Part shown: in pieces, positions 21,635-30,629 of the stretch
How the letters are laid out: every line of letters starts with the position of its first letter
Numbering within the stretch: position 1 is the first letter of the stretch
Source of the DNA: an uncultured delta proteobacterium
GTDB lineage: Bacteria > Desulfobacterota > Binatia > Binatales > Binataceae
Length of the DNA: 64,000 nucleotides
NCBI GenBank assembly: GCA_963808235.1
Contig: CAWEEQ010000004.1
Location: 512,001-576,000, forward strand
Direction of reading: 5' to 3'
Notes under the pieces: model-generated
Seen by the model: the letters and a program-made list of their open reading frames with translations, nothing else
What the model was told of the DNA's origin: nothing
The model's database searches: none
Translations under genes and position numbers: made by a program

Positions 21635-21904
21635 ATGAGAAAAGCGAAAATCACCGGTGCGATGCTCGCGACTGCGGTGGCGCTGGTCTTTGCGGGCAGT
21701 GTGGTGCAGGCCGCGGACTCCGGCTCGGCGGCGTCGCAAGTCAAGTGCGTCGGCGGCAACTCGTGCAAGGGGCAGAGCGCGTGCAAGAGCGCGTCGAGCG
21801 ATTGCAAGGGTCAGAATGCATGCAAGGGCAAGGGCTACGTGATGACTCCAAGTGCGAAAGAGTGCCTGGCGGCGGGAGGAAAGCCGGAGACGAAGAAAGA
21901 TTAG
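21635..21904 (+). CDS. Bufferin-type (BufA2-like) 6-Cys RiPP/metallophore precursor
   Basis: Sec signal peptide followed by 'KCVGGNSCKGQSACKSASSDCKGQNACKGKG...ECLAAGG'; strong AAGGAG RBS; directly upstream of DUF692. Confidence 0.85.
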   Translation: MRKAKITGAMLATAVALVFAGSVVQAADSGSAASQVKCVGGNSCKGQSACKSASSDCKGQNACKGKGYVMTPSAKECLAAGGKPETKKD

Positions 21905-21949
21905 GGCCACTGGCGCGTTGGTAGAAAAACGGAGCGTCGAATCATTGCG

Positions 21950-22859
21950 ATGAAGCGATCAGATTTTCCACGTTTGGGTTTCGGCGTGGGGCTACGGCGG
22001 CCTCACTATAAACTGATCGTCGAGACGCATCCGAAAGTAGATTGGTTCGAGGTCATCTCGGAAAACTTCATGGTCGAAGGCGGACGCGCGCTCGAAGTGC
22101 TCGAAGCGGTGCGCGAGCAGTATCCAATTGCGATGCACGGGGTGTCGATGTCGATTGGCTCGAGCGATCCGCTCAGTCGCAAGTACCTGCGTCAACTGCG
22201 CGATCTCGCGCGGCGCTTCGAGCCGGCGTGGATCTCGGACCATCTGTGCTGGACCGGCGTTGGCGGGCGCAATCTGCATGACCTCTTACCTTTGCCATAC
22301 ACCGAAGAAGCGATCCGTCATGTGGCGGCGCGGATTCGGCGGGTCCAGGAAACGCTCGAGCGGCCGATGTTGATCGAAAACGTTTCCAGCTACATGGCAT
22401 TCGCCGACTCGACGATGACCGAGTGGGAATTCATTTCGTGCGATAGCCGAAGAGGCTGACTGCGGAATCCTGCTCGACATCAACAACATCTTTGTGAGCG
22501 CGTTCAATCATCGCTTCGACGCCAACGATTATATCGACGCGGTGCCGGCGGATCGCGTGGTGCAGTACCATCTCGCTGGGCATAGCGACCACGGTACTTA
22601 CCTGCTCGATACGCACGATCATCCGATCCGCGAAGAAGTGTGGGCGTTGTATGAGCGCGCGGCGCGGCGATTCGGCGAAGTCGCGACGCTCGTCGAGTGG
22701 GACGACAACATCCCGGAGTTCGCCGTGCTTGCCGACGCGTCGGAGCGGGCACGCGGCATCTTCAATACAGTTACCAACGAGCATGACGCGCGGAGTCGCG
22801 ATGGCCGTTCGCCTGAAGCGATTGGAAAGCATCCTCTATCGGCTGATCACCGCCCCTAG
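21950..22859 (+). CDS. DUF692 multinuclear non-heme iron oxidative enzyme (MNIO, BufB-like), 1-nt frameshift near 22435
   Basis: Motifs 'GVGLR', 'EVISENF', 'HGVSMSIG', 'SDHLCW', 'DLLPLP' and 'IENVSSY'. Continues in another frame as 'ADCGILLDINN..HLAGH..DTHD..EWD'. Confidence 0.9.
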
Positions 22860-23673
22860 CGGTGTCGCCGAAGGATTGGCCGCCGAGCGCGAGCTGCCGG
22901 CAGGCGGCCTCGATGCGCTCGTGCGCGGTGACGATCGTCTGTCGGCCGAGGATCGTGTCGATATCTACGCGAACATGTACTTCTACCGCCTGCTCGATGT
23001 GCTCAAGGAAGATTTTCCCGCAACGCTGAAAGTCCTCGGCGACGACAATTTTCATAACCTCGCGACCGGCTACCTGCTCGAATATCCGCCGACCGAGCCG
23101 TCGGTGTACTACTGCGGGCGTCATCTGGCGGATTTCCTCCGCGCTCATCCACTCGGAAGCGACACGCCGTACATTGCGGACCTGGCAGCACTCGAGCGCG
23201 CGGTGGTCGAAGTATTTCATGGCCCCGACGCGGCCGCGCTCGAGCCCGAGCATCTTCGCGTTATCGCTCCTGAAAAATGGCAGGCGTTGAAACTACGGAC
23301 GCATCCCGCGGTGCAAATTCTCAATCTCAAATGGCGAGTCGTGGAAATTTTGCGGGCGGTGGAAGAGCATCGTGAATGGAAGCCCGCCGATGCCGGCGCG
23401 ATCCAGGCGATCGTGTGGCGGCGCAACTCGCGGGTATTCTACCGTGAACTCGAAAAGGTTGAGGAACGAGCGCTCGAAACTGCTCGCGCCGGCGTCACGT
23501 TCGCGAAAGTGTGCGAGCTCGTCGCTGCCGACGGTGACCCGGCGCGCGAACCGGTGGAGGAGCTGAATCGATTGCTCGCGCGATGGCTCGGCGACGGCAT
23601 TCTAACCAGCTCCAGAACTTCGCGCCGCATCGGAGCGGGTGATCTTTCGACGGCTCGCGGATATAAGTCATAG
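22801..23673 (+). CDS. DUF2063 (HvfC/BufC-like) MNIO partner protein
   Basis: Motifs 'RVDIYANMYFYRLLDVL.EDFP' and 'YIADLAALE'; follows DUF692. Confidence 0.85.
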   Translation: MAVRLKRLESILYRLITAPSGVAEGLAAERELPAGGLDALVRGDDRLSAEDRVDIYANMYFYRLLDVLKEDFPATLKVLGDDNFHNLATGYLLEYPPTEPSVYYCGRHLADFLRAHPLGSDTPYIADLAALERAVVEVFHGPDAAALEPEHLRVIAPEKWQALKLRTHPAVQILNLKWRVVEILRAVEEHREWKPADAGAIQAIVWRRNSRVFYRELEKVEERALETARAGVTFAKVCELVAADGDPAREPVEELNRLLARWLGDGILTSSRTSRRIGAGDLSTARGYKS

Positions 23674-23706
23674 ACGCCCGGCATCAGGAGCCGAGCGGAA
23701 ATCTCC

Positions 23707-24804
23707 GTGACCGGCAACAGCATTCGAGTCGAGCGCCCGTCGAGCAGCGAGCAACTTGATGAGTTCGCACGCCTTCCGTTTCAAGTCTATGGAAATCGTG
23801 ACGCGTGGTGGCCGCCTGACGTCCAAAACGAGATCGATCTGCTCTCGCGCCGCAGCTTGCTTGCCGCGTACCTGGAAATCGAGCCGTTCTGTGCGTGGCG
23901 CGCGGGCAAGCTGGTCGCGCGTGTGACGGCAATCGTCAATCGCCGGTACATCGAACATTGGAACGAGCCGCTCGGCCAGCTGATTCATTTCGAGGCGCTC
24001 GAAGACGAAGACGAGGCAGTCGCGGCGATGCTCGCAGATAGCCGGCGATGGCTCCGCGAGCGCGGGATGCGCTTCGCGCGGAGCGGCTTCGCGGCGTTTC
24101 TGGATTATCCGTATGTGATCGACAACTATCGATCGTTCCCGTCGTTTCTGCTGCGCGGAAATCCTCCGTCGTACCATCGCTACTTCAAGGATGCGGGCTT
24201 CACCACGGAAAAAGGGCAGGTTGATTACACCGCACCGCTAAGCGCCGAGATGCTCGCGCGCTATCGCGGTATGGCCGAATCGGCAAGCGCGTCGGGAGTT
24301 ACGATTCGAAGCTGGCGCGAGTTCGGATTTCTGGCCGCAATCGACGCGTGGACCGACGTGACCAACGCGGCTTTCAATCGGCACTGGGGATGGAACCCGG
24401 TGACGCGGGCGGAAGTGCGGCCGATGCTGACAACGCTGTGGGAAACTCCGGTCGCCGACTTGTCGATGCTCGCGTCGGTTGGCAGCGAGGTCGTAGGCGC
24501 AGTCTTCTCGGTGCCGGACTTGAGTGCTGCGCTTGCGCGGGTGCGCAGGGGAGTCAGCCTTGAGCCGGAGCGCGGCGGCGGTACTCGCGGCGCGTTGATC
24601 AATATCGGAGTCATCGAGAGGGCGCGCGGGCGTGGGATCGCGCTTGCGATGGCGGCGCGATCGTTCCTCGCGATGGCGTCGCGCAAGATGCGATTCGCGG
24701 GCTACACGCTGGTGCTCGATGACAATTGGGCATCGCGCCGAACCGCGCAGAGCCTGGGCGCGCAGGTGACGAACAATTTCGTCACCTATCGTTGCGAGCT
24801 TTAG
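23707..24804 (+). CDS. Tandem GNAT-fold acyltransferase (YghO-like)
   Basis: Motifs 'FARLPF.VY...WWPP' and 'NPPSYHRYF'; acyl-CoA motif 'GV...ARGRGIA'. Confidence 0.65.
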   Translation: MTGNSIRVERPSSSEQLDEFARLPFQVYGNRDAWWPPDVQNEIDLLSRRSLLAAYLEIEPFCAWRAGKLVARVTAIVNRRYIEHWNEPLGQLIHFEALEDEDEAVAAMLADSRRWLRERGMRFARSGFAAFLDYPYVIDNYRSFPSFLLRGNPPSYHRYFKDAGFTTEKGQVDYTAPLSAEMLARYRGMAESASASGVTIRSWREFGFLAAIDAWTDVTNAAFNRHWGWNPVTRAEVRPMLTTLWETPVADLSMLASVGSEVVGAVFSVPDLSAALARVRRGVSLEPERGGGTRGALINIGVIERARGRGIALAMAARSFLAMASRKMRFAGYTLVLDDNWASRRTAQSLGAQVTNNFVTYRCEL

Positions 24805-24835
24805 TTTCAGTCTCAAAGAGGATAGAAAGCCGTGT

Positions 24836-25321
24836 TTGATGCTTAGCCTCCGCCTGGTCGTGCTCTTCACCCATGTTGTTGCGGTAATCGTCGCACTCGG
24901 CAGCTCGCTGTTCAGCACTTTTGCGCTAGCGCCGATTCTTGCGGATGAACTCGAACCGCCCAACCGGATTCGAGTCGCACGCCGCGTGATTCGACGGCTC
25001 GGCGCCATTGTCCTGACATCACTTGCCGTGCTGATCGTGACCGGAATCCTGAACGTGCTCTTTGTCGGCGGCGTCTCGATTCTTCTTTTGATCAAGCTGA
25101 TACTGGTAATCGTCGTGATCGGACTCGCGCTGTATCAATACGGAAACCTCGGTGCGCGGATTTGGCGGCTGTCCGCGGGTGGTCCGAGTCCGGAGATCGC
25201 GGAGTTGCAAGCGCGTTTTCGACGAGTGGGACTGACCGTCGGAGCGCTGGTACTGCTGATCGTTTATCTGTCGCTCGGGCTGACGCGCGGATCCGAAGCG
25301 ATCGTCGCCGCGATTCGCTGA
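24836..25321 (+). CDS. 4-TM membrane protein, CopD/DUF4149-like
   Basis: 'FTHVVA..VALG' His-containing first helix, 'VTGILN' and 'LIKL'; four hydrophobic segments. Confidence 0.55.
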   Translation: MMLSLRLVVLFTHVVAVIVALGSSLFSTFALAPILADELEPPNRIRVARRVIRRLGAIVLTSLAVLIVTGILNVLFVGGVSILLLIKLILVIVVIGLALYQYGNLGARIWRLSAGGPSPEIAELQARFRRVGLTVGALVLLIVYLSLGLTRGSEAIVAAIR

Positions 25322-25324
25322 ACG

Positions 25325-25882
25325 ATGCTGCGCCGAAGAAAATCGCCGCGCCGAATTCCGCGATGGATACGGTTGCTCACCGACCTGGCGATTTTTCTCG
25401 CGGTCATCACGACGCTGAGCTACGGTAGCGGAGCGCATATTGTGGTTCGATATCTGAATCCGCCGTTCGGCGCATGGTGGAACGCCAACGAGTTTGCGAT
25501 GATCGAGTGCTCCGCGGCCGCTTTCGGGATGCTGGCGGGAATAAAGCTGAGTGCGCGGCTGGTCGATGGTCAATCGCTAACGCAAAACTCGATGATCGCC
25601 GCGGTAGTCGCCGGCGCGCTCGCGTTGCCGGTGGTTGCGAGCCTTGGCGCCCAGGTTGCGCGTTATCGATTCACGCGCGGTGCGTCCGCGAACGCATGGC
25701 TTATCGATCACGCCGGCTACGACACGGGAATGTTCCTTGACAAGCTTCTCGGCGCTGGCGTTTACTCGACGAAGATTGCACTGATCGCGCTTCCAGTCGG
25801 GATGATTCTCTTCGGACTCGGGATCGTTATTTTCCCAAACGCCGCGCCCGAAGCCGACCCTGGGCAAGCAATTTCGAAATGA
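25325..25882 (+). CDS. Hypothetical membrane protein
   Basis: About four hydrophobic segments; stop overlaps the next start (ATGA). Confidence 0.55.
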   Translation: MLRRRKSPRRIPRWIRLLTDLAIFLAVITTLSYGSGAHIVVRYLNPPFGAWWNANEFAMIECSAAAFGMLAGIKLSARLVDGQSLTQNSMIAAVVAGALALPVVASLGAQVARYRFTRGASANAWLIDHAGYDTGMFLDKLLGAGVYSTKIALIALPVGMILFGLGIVIFPNAAPEADPGQAISK

Positions 25883-26550
25883 GCATCGACGATCGCAAAC
25901 CGCTGAGACCGCCCGCGATCAGCCGTCGATCGTTTATCAAGGGCGCCGGAGCGGTCGCGGCCGCAGCCGGTCTGGCGCGCGTTCCGGTTGCGTCGGCAGA
26001 TCAAAAATCTCTGCCCCCAGGTGTCACCGAAAGTCTGGGCCCTGCGGCCGAGGCAATTGAACTGAAAATCAATGGCAACTTGACCAGGCTCACGATCGAG
26101 CCGCGCGTTACCTTGCTCAGTGCGCTCCGCGAGCATCTTGGATTGACCGGAACTAAGCTGGTCTGCGATCGAGGCGCCTGCGGCGCATGCACGGTGCATC
26201 TCGACGGCAGACCGATCACTTCATGCATGATGCTGGCGGTGGACGCGCGCGGGCATGATGTCACGACAATCGAGGGGCTCGGGACGCCGGCGAAAATGCA
26301 TCCGGTGCAAGCGGCATTCGTCGAGGCCGACGCGTTGCAATGCGGATTCTGCACGCCGGGCATGGTGATGTCGGTGGCAGCAGCGCTCGAGCGCAATCCG
26401 GCGGCTACGCTCGACGAAATCAAACACGCGACGGCTGGAAATATTTGCCGATGCGGAACTTATACGCACGTCTTTGCAGCGGCGATGAATGTCGCCAAGT
26501 CGTCGACTGTCAAGACAGCGCGCATACCGCGTTCGCGTGGAGATTCCTGA
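25879..26550 (+). CDS. 2x[2Fe-2S] subunit of a xanthine-dehydrogenase-family enzyme with Tat signal (PaoA-like)
   Basis: 'SRRSFIK' twin-arginine motif; 'CDRGACGAC', 'QCGFCTPG' and 'CRC'. Confidence 0.92.
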   Translation: MSIDDRKPLRPPAISRRSFIKGAGAVAAAAGLARVPVASADQKSLPPGVTESLGPAAEAIELKINGNLTRLTIEPRVTLLSALREHLGLTGTKLVCDRGACGACTVHLDGRPITSCMMLAVDARGHDVTTIEGLGTPAKMHPVQAAFVEADALQCGFCTPGMVMSVAAALERNPAATLDEIKHATAGNICRCGTYTHVFAAAMNVAKSSTVKTARIPRSRGDS

Positions 26551-28751
26551 TGTCGCGACGCGTCACGCTCAACCTTGGAAGAGAAGGTGACACACGCTCG
26601 GTCACGGTGGACATTCCCGACGACGAACCGACGCCGTGGGATTGGGGCGCGCGGCTCTCGATCGTCGGGCGTGAGACACCGCGCGTCGATGGGCCGCTGA
26701 AGGCGTGCGGCAGTGCGCATTACACTTACGATATCGAACTGCCGGGGATGCTTTACGGCGCGATCCTGCGTAGTCCGTGGCCGCACGCGAGAGTGCGCGA
26801 GGTCGACTTGTCGGGGGCGAAGCGGATGGCGGGAGTGCGTGCGGCGATTGCCAGCGACGATCGCGAAATTCGTTTCGCGGGACAGGAAGTCGCGGCGGTC
26901 GCGGCGCTCAGCAGCGATATCGCGTCCGACGCGCTGAAACTTATCAAGGTCGATTACGAAACTTTGCCGTTCGTGGTCGATGTCGATTCCGCGATGACCG
27001 ATTCGTCACCGCGCGTATTCGGCAGCGGTTCCAATCTTGGCCGCGTGACTACTTCGAACAGCGGCAATGTCGCGCGCGGACTGGAACAAGCGGCCACCAC
27101 TATCGAGACGACCTACACGACGCAGGTACAGACTCACGTCTCGCTCGAGACGCATGGCGCGGTCGCGAGCTTCAGCGGCGACGAACTCACGGTCTGGTGC
27201 TCGACGCAGGGAATTTTCTCAGTGCGCGACGACCTGGCAGTGTACTTCGATCTGCCGCCGGAGAAGGTGCGCGCGGTTTGCGAATTCCTGGGCGGCGGCT
27301 TCGGATCGAAATTCGGTGCGACCCCTGAAATCATCGTCGCCGCTCGCCTTGCAAAGGCAGCGGGCGTGCCGGTGAAGGTCATGCTTCCGCGCGCCGATGA
27401 GCATCGATCAACCGGCAATCGTCCAAGCTCGGTGCAGGCGGTCAAGCTCGGCGTCGATGGCGGCGGGAAGTTGACGGCGATCGATCTGGTCCAGCATGGA
27501 TCGGGCGGGATCGGCGCCGGCTCCGGCAGTTCGGGCCCGTTCAAATCAATCTATCGATGCGACAATATCCATACCGAAGAGCGCAACGTGTATATCAACG
27601 CGGGCCCCGCTTCTCCGATGCGCGCGCCAGGATGGCCGCAGGGATGCTACGCGCTGGAACTCGCGATGGACGAGATGGCGCGCAAAATCGGGATCGACCG
27701 GCTCGAGTTCCGGCGCCGCAACAGCGACAATCCGGTCCGCACGGCCGAGTATGATATCGGCGCGCGCAGGTTCGGATGGTCGGAAAAGAGTGCGCCGAAA
27801 AAATCTACCGGCCCTCTGAAGCGCGGGGTCGGAGTCGCGTCGGCGGCGTGGCACGCGGTCGGAGTGTCGGGCCCCGAGGCGCAAGTGATTGCGAATCGCG
27901 ACGGCAGCGTCGAGGTTCGGGTCGGCACCCAGGATATCGGCACGGGCACGCGCACGGTTTTAGCGATAGTCGCGGCGGAGGAACTTGGTCTGCCGATCGA
28001 TCGGGTCAAGTCTGAAATCGGCGATACGCGATTCCTTTTTTCGGTGCCTTCGGGCGGCAGTCTGAGCGCACCCTCGAACACGCCGGCGGTGCGGCAGGCC
28101 GCGGCACATCTCAAGGACAAGCTGTTTCGAATCGCGGCGCCGATGCTCGGCGCAGAGCCCAACGATCTCGAGGCGTCGAATGCGACGATTCGAGTCCGTA
28201 CCAATCCGTCGCGCGCGATCGCGTTTGCCGACGTCTGCAGGCGGATTTCCGGCGATTCGATCTCGGCGCAGGGCGAGCGGGTTCCGAACTACGGCGGATA
28301 TCGGACCGACCAGGCGGGATGCCAGTTCGCGGAAGTCGAAGTCGACACGGAAACCGGAATCGTTCGGGTTGTGCGCGTGGTCGCGGTGCATGACGCGGGG
28401 CGGATTCTCGATCCGTTGACGGCGCGGAGCCAGGTCAACGGCGGCGTCTTGATGGGAATCGGGTTCGCGCTCTTCGAAGATCGGCGGATGGATCCGCAGC
28501 TCGGAATAATGGTGAATCCGACCATGGACGATTACAAAATGCTCGGTTCGATGGACGCGCCGCAGATCGATGTGACTTTCGTCGACGTTGCCAACGGGCT
28601 CAACAACACCGGTGTGATGGGGCTCGGCGAGGTGGCGCATCTGGCGAGCACCGCGGCGGTCGCATGCGCGGTGTCTGACGCGATCGGATTGCCGGTGCGC
28701 TCGCTTCCGATGACGCCGGATCGGGTGCTGGCCGTTTTGGGGCACGCTTGA
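26550..28751 (+). CDS. Molybdopterin-binding subunit (PaoC/XdhA-like)
   Basis: Motifs 'GGGFGSK', 'MRAPG', 'QDIGTG', 'GG..MGIG.AL.E' and catalytic 'GLGE'. Confidence 0.92.
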   Translation: MSRRVTLNLGREGDTRSVTVDIPDDEPTPWDWGARLSIVGRETPRVDGPLKACGSAHYTYDIELPGMLYGAILRSPWPHARVREVDLSGAKRMAGVRAAIASDDREIRFAGQEVAAVAALSSDIASDALKLIKVDYETLPFVVDVDSAMTDSSPRVFGSGSNLGRVTTSNSGNVARGLEQAATTIETTYTTQVQTHVSLETHGAVASFSGDELTVWCSTQGIFSVRDDLAVYFDLPPEKVRAVCEFLGGGFGSKFGATPEIIVAARLAKAAGVPVKVMLPRADEHRSTGNRPSSVQAVKLGVDGGGKLTAIDLVQHGSGGIGAGSGSSGPFKSIYRCDNIHTEERNVYINAGPASPMRAPGWPQGCYALELAMDEMARKIGIDRLEFRRRNSDNPVRTAEYDIGARRFGWSEKSAPKKSTGPLKRGVGVASAAWHAVGVSGPEAQVIANRDGSVEVRVGTQDIGTGTRTVLAIVAAEELGLPIDRVKSEIGDTRFLFSVPSGGSLSAPSNTPAVRQAAAHLKDKLFRIAAPMLGAEPNDLEASNATIRVRTNPSRAIAFADVCRRISGDSISAQGERVPNYGGYRTDQAGCQFAEVEVDTETGIVRVVRVVAVHDAGRILDPLTARSQVNGGVLMGIGFALFEDRRMDPQLGIMVNPTMDDYKMLGSMDAPQIDVTFVDVANGLNNTGVMGLGEVAHLASTAAVACAVSDAIGLPVRSLPMTPDRVLAVLGHA

Positions 28752-28752
28752 G

Positions 28753-29745
28753 ATGAATCGATTTGAGATAGTCACGCCGGCCGACGTAGCAAGCGCCTCG
28801 CGCTTGATGGCGGAGAACGGCCACGCGGCGCTGGCGGGCGGCGTGGATGTCGTCGATCTTGCGAAGCAAAATATAGCGACGCCGACGACGTTGGTGAATC
28901 TGAAAGGCCTGAAGGGGCTCGGCGGAATCGAGGTGCGGCCGTCTGGCGAATTGCGCCTCGGTGCGACGGCGAAGCTGAGCGAAGTCGCGGAGCATCCGGC
29001 GATCCGCGCGAAGTTCACCGCGATTGCGGACGCGGCGGGTGAAGCGGCGACGCCGCAGATTCGCAACCTCGGCACCGTCGGCGGAAATATTCTGCAACGT
29101 CCGCGATGCTGGTACTTTCGGAATCCTGACGTGAATTGCCTGAAGAAGGGCGGTGACAAGTGCTACGCGATTGGCGGGCTCAACCGCTATCACTCGATCC
29201 TGGGCGGAGGGCCGTCGTATATCGTGCATCCGTCGAACCTGGCGCCCGCGCTGATCGCGTTTGGCGCGAGTGCGACTATCGTCGGTCCCGACGGTGAGCG
29301 CGCCGTCGAGCTCGAGAAATTTTTCGCGCTGCCGACGGTGGATCCGCGGCGCGAAAATCTTCTCAAGCCCGGCGAAATTATCACCGAAGTAATTGTGCCC
29401 GCGCCGTCCGCGAACGCCCGCAGTGTCTATCTTGAAGCGCGCGAGAAGCAAAGTTTTGACTGGCCGCTGGTGAGCGCGGCGGTTGTGATCGACGGCACGC
29501 CTGGCGCGAAGAGTATCCGCGATGCGCGCGTGGTGATGGGCGCGGTTGCGCCGGTCCCGTGGCGATCGCTCGACGCCGAGAATGTGCTCAAAGCCGGGTC
29601 GCTCGACGAGTCGCGCGCACGCACGGCCGCCGATGCGGCGCTGAAAAATGCGCAGCCCATGTCGGACAACGCTTACAAGGTCGTGATCGCAAAAGTGATC
29701 GTGCGCCGTGCGATCATGCGCGCCGCCCGACTGGAGGCCGCATAA
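28753..29745 (+). CDS. FAD-binding subunit (PaoB/YagS-like)
   Basis: Motifs 'LAGGVD' and 'QIRNLGTVGGN', with an Fe-S insertion 'RPRCWYFR..C..GG..C'. Confidence 0.92.
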   Translation: MNRFEIVTPADVASASRLMAENGHAALAGGVDVVDLAKQNIATPTTLVNLKGLKGLGGIEVRPSGELRLGATAKLSEVAEHPAIRAKFTAIADAAGEAATPQIRNLGTVGGNILQRPRCWYFRNPDVNCLKKGGDKCYAIGGLNRYHSILGGGPSYIVHPSNLAPALIAFGASATIVGPDGERAVELEKFFALPTVDPRRENLLKPGEIITEVIVPAPSANARSVYLEAREKQSFDWPLVSAAVVIDGTPGAKSIRDARVVMGAVAPVPWRSLDAENVLKAGSLDESRARTAADAALKNAQPMSDNAYKVVIAKVIVRRAIMRAARLEAA

Positions 29746-29747
29746 GC

Positions 29748-29960
29748 ATGGCCTCGCGAACCGACAACTTTTGCGCGCTGCTTCGCACCAAGACTGCTTA
29801 CTATCGCAATCCCGAGGGCGAGCGGATCTTCGATCCGGAAAGTTCCACCGCCTGCTACACCTGTCTCAAGACGCAGCGCCCGGTCGGTCCCGATGGTTTA
29901 CCCGTCGACGCGCAATCGTGCGGCGCCGAGCGTGGATGCTTTGAGGAGGAGCGAACATGA
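29748..29960 (+). CDS. 70-aa Cys-rich microprotein
   Basis: ATG 2 nt after the FAD-subunit stop, with GGAGG RBS. MASRTDNFC..RTK..ACYTCLKT..GPDG..SC...GCF contains 5 Cys. Stop overlaps the next start (ATGA). Confidence 0.75.
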   Translation: MASRTDNFCALLRTKTAYYRNPEGERIFDPESSTACYTCLKTQRPVGPDGLPVDAQSCGAERGCFEEERT

Positions 29961-30619
29961 GTGCCAACCTCGAGAAAGAATACGGTCCGGTTGCGACGCG
30001 GATGCTTTTCGACAATGACGCCGTGCGAGTGTGGGAGATGGATCTCGCGCCGGGCGGAGTCTGCGGACTGCATCATCATACGATGGACTACGTGCTGTTC
30101 ATCCTGTCGGGCGCGAACGTTGGCGCGCAGTCTCCCGGCGGGCGCAAGATGATGCCGTTTCCGGTCAAGGCGCGCGCGACATATTTTCTTCCGGCGGGCG
30201 GAATTGAAGCGGCGCACAACATGGGTGATACGCGATTCTTCGAGGCGCTGTTCGAGCTCAAGCGGGCGGCGAAATCAGGACGCGAAAAGCTGGGCTTCGT
30301 CGGATGCGAAGCGGTCGCGGGGAAGGAGCCGGAGCCGGGCTCGATCACAATCCTCGACAACGCGCGGGTCAGGGTGTCGGAAACCACGCTCGCGCCCGGT
30401 GGGCATAGCGAGGTGCGGCGATGGTTGCATGACACCGCCGTTTACGTCGCGGAGGGCGGACCGGTGAAGCTCGTGGAGCGCGGTGTCGGTAACCTGGAGA
30501 ACACCCGCGAGGAAGTTTTTCCCGACGGCCGAGTGCTATGGTTCGAGAAAGGGTCACATCGTGGGATCATCAACACCGGGGGAGGACGCTTCCGCCAGGT
30601 AAACGTCGAGTTAAAGTGA
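29957..30619 (+). CDS. Tandem (double) cupin-fold protein
   Basis: Two repeats of '(F/L)DN..VRV.E..LAPGG'; 'HHH' in the first domain. Confidence 0.75.
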   Translation: MSANLEKEYGPVATRMLFDNDAVRVWEMDLAPGGVCGLHHHTMDYVLFILSGANVGAQSPGGRKMMPFPVKARATYFLPAGGIEAAHNMGDTRFFEALFELKRAAKSGREKLGFVGCEAVAGKEPEPGSITILDNARVRVSETTLAPGGHSEVRRWLHDTAVYVAEGGPVKLVERGVGNLENTREEVFPDGRVLWFEKGSHRGIINTGGGRFRQVNVELK

Positions 30620-30629
30620 TACACTAAGA

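Noticed and set aside
21950-22859. Programmed frameshift in the MNIO gene
   Set aside because: No slippery heptamer is evident, and four other similar indels in the window point to sequence error.
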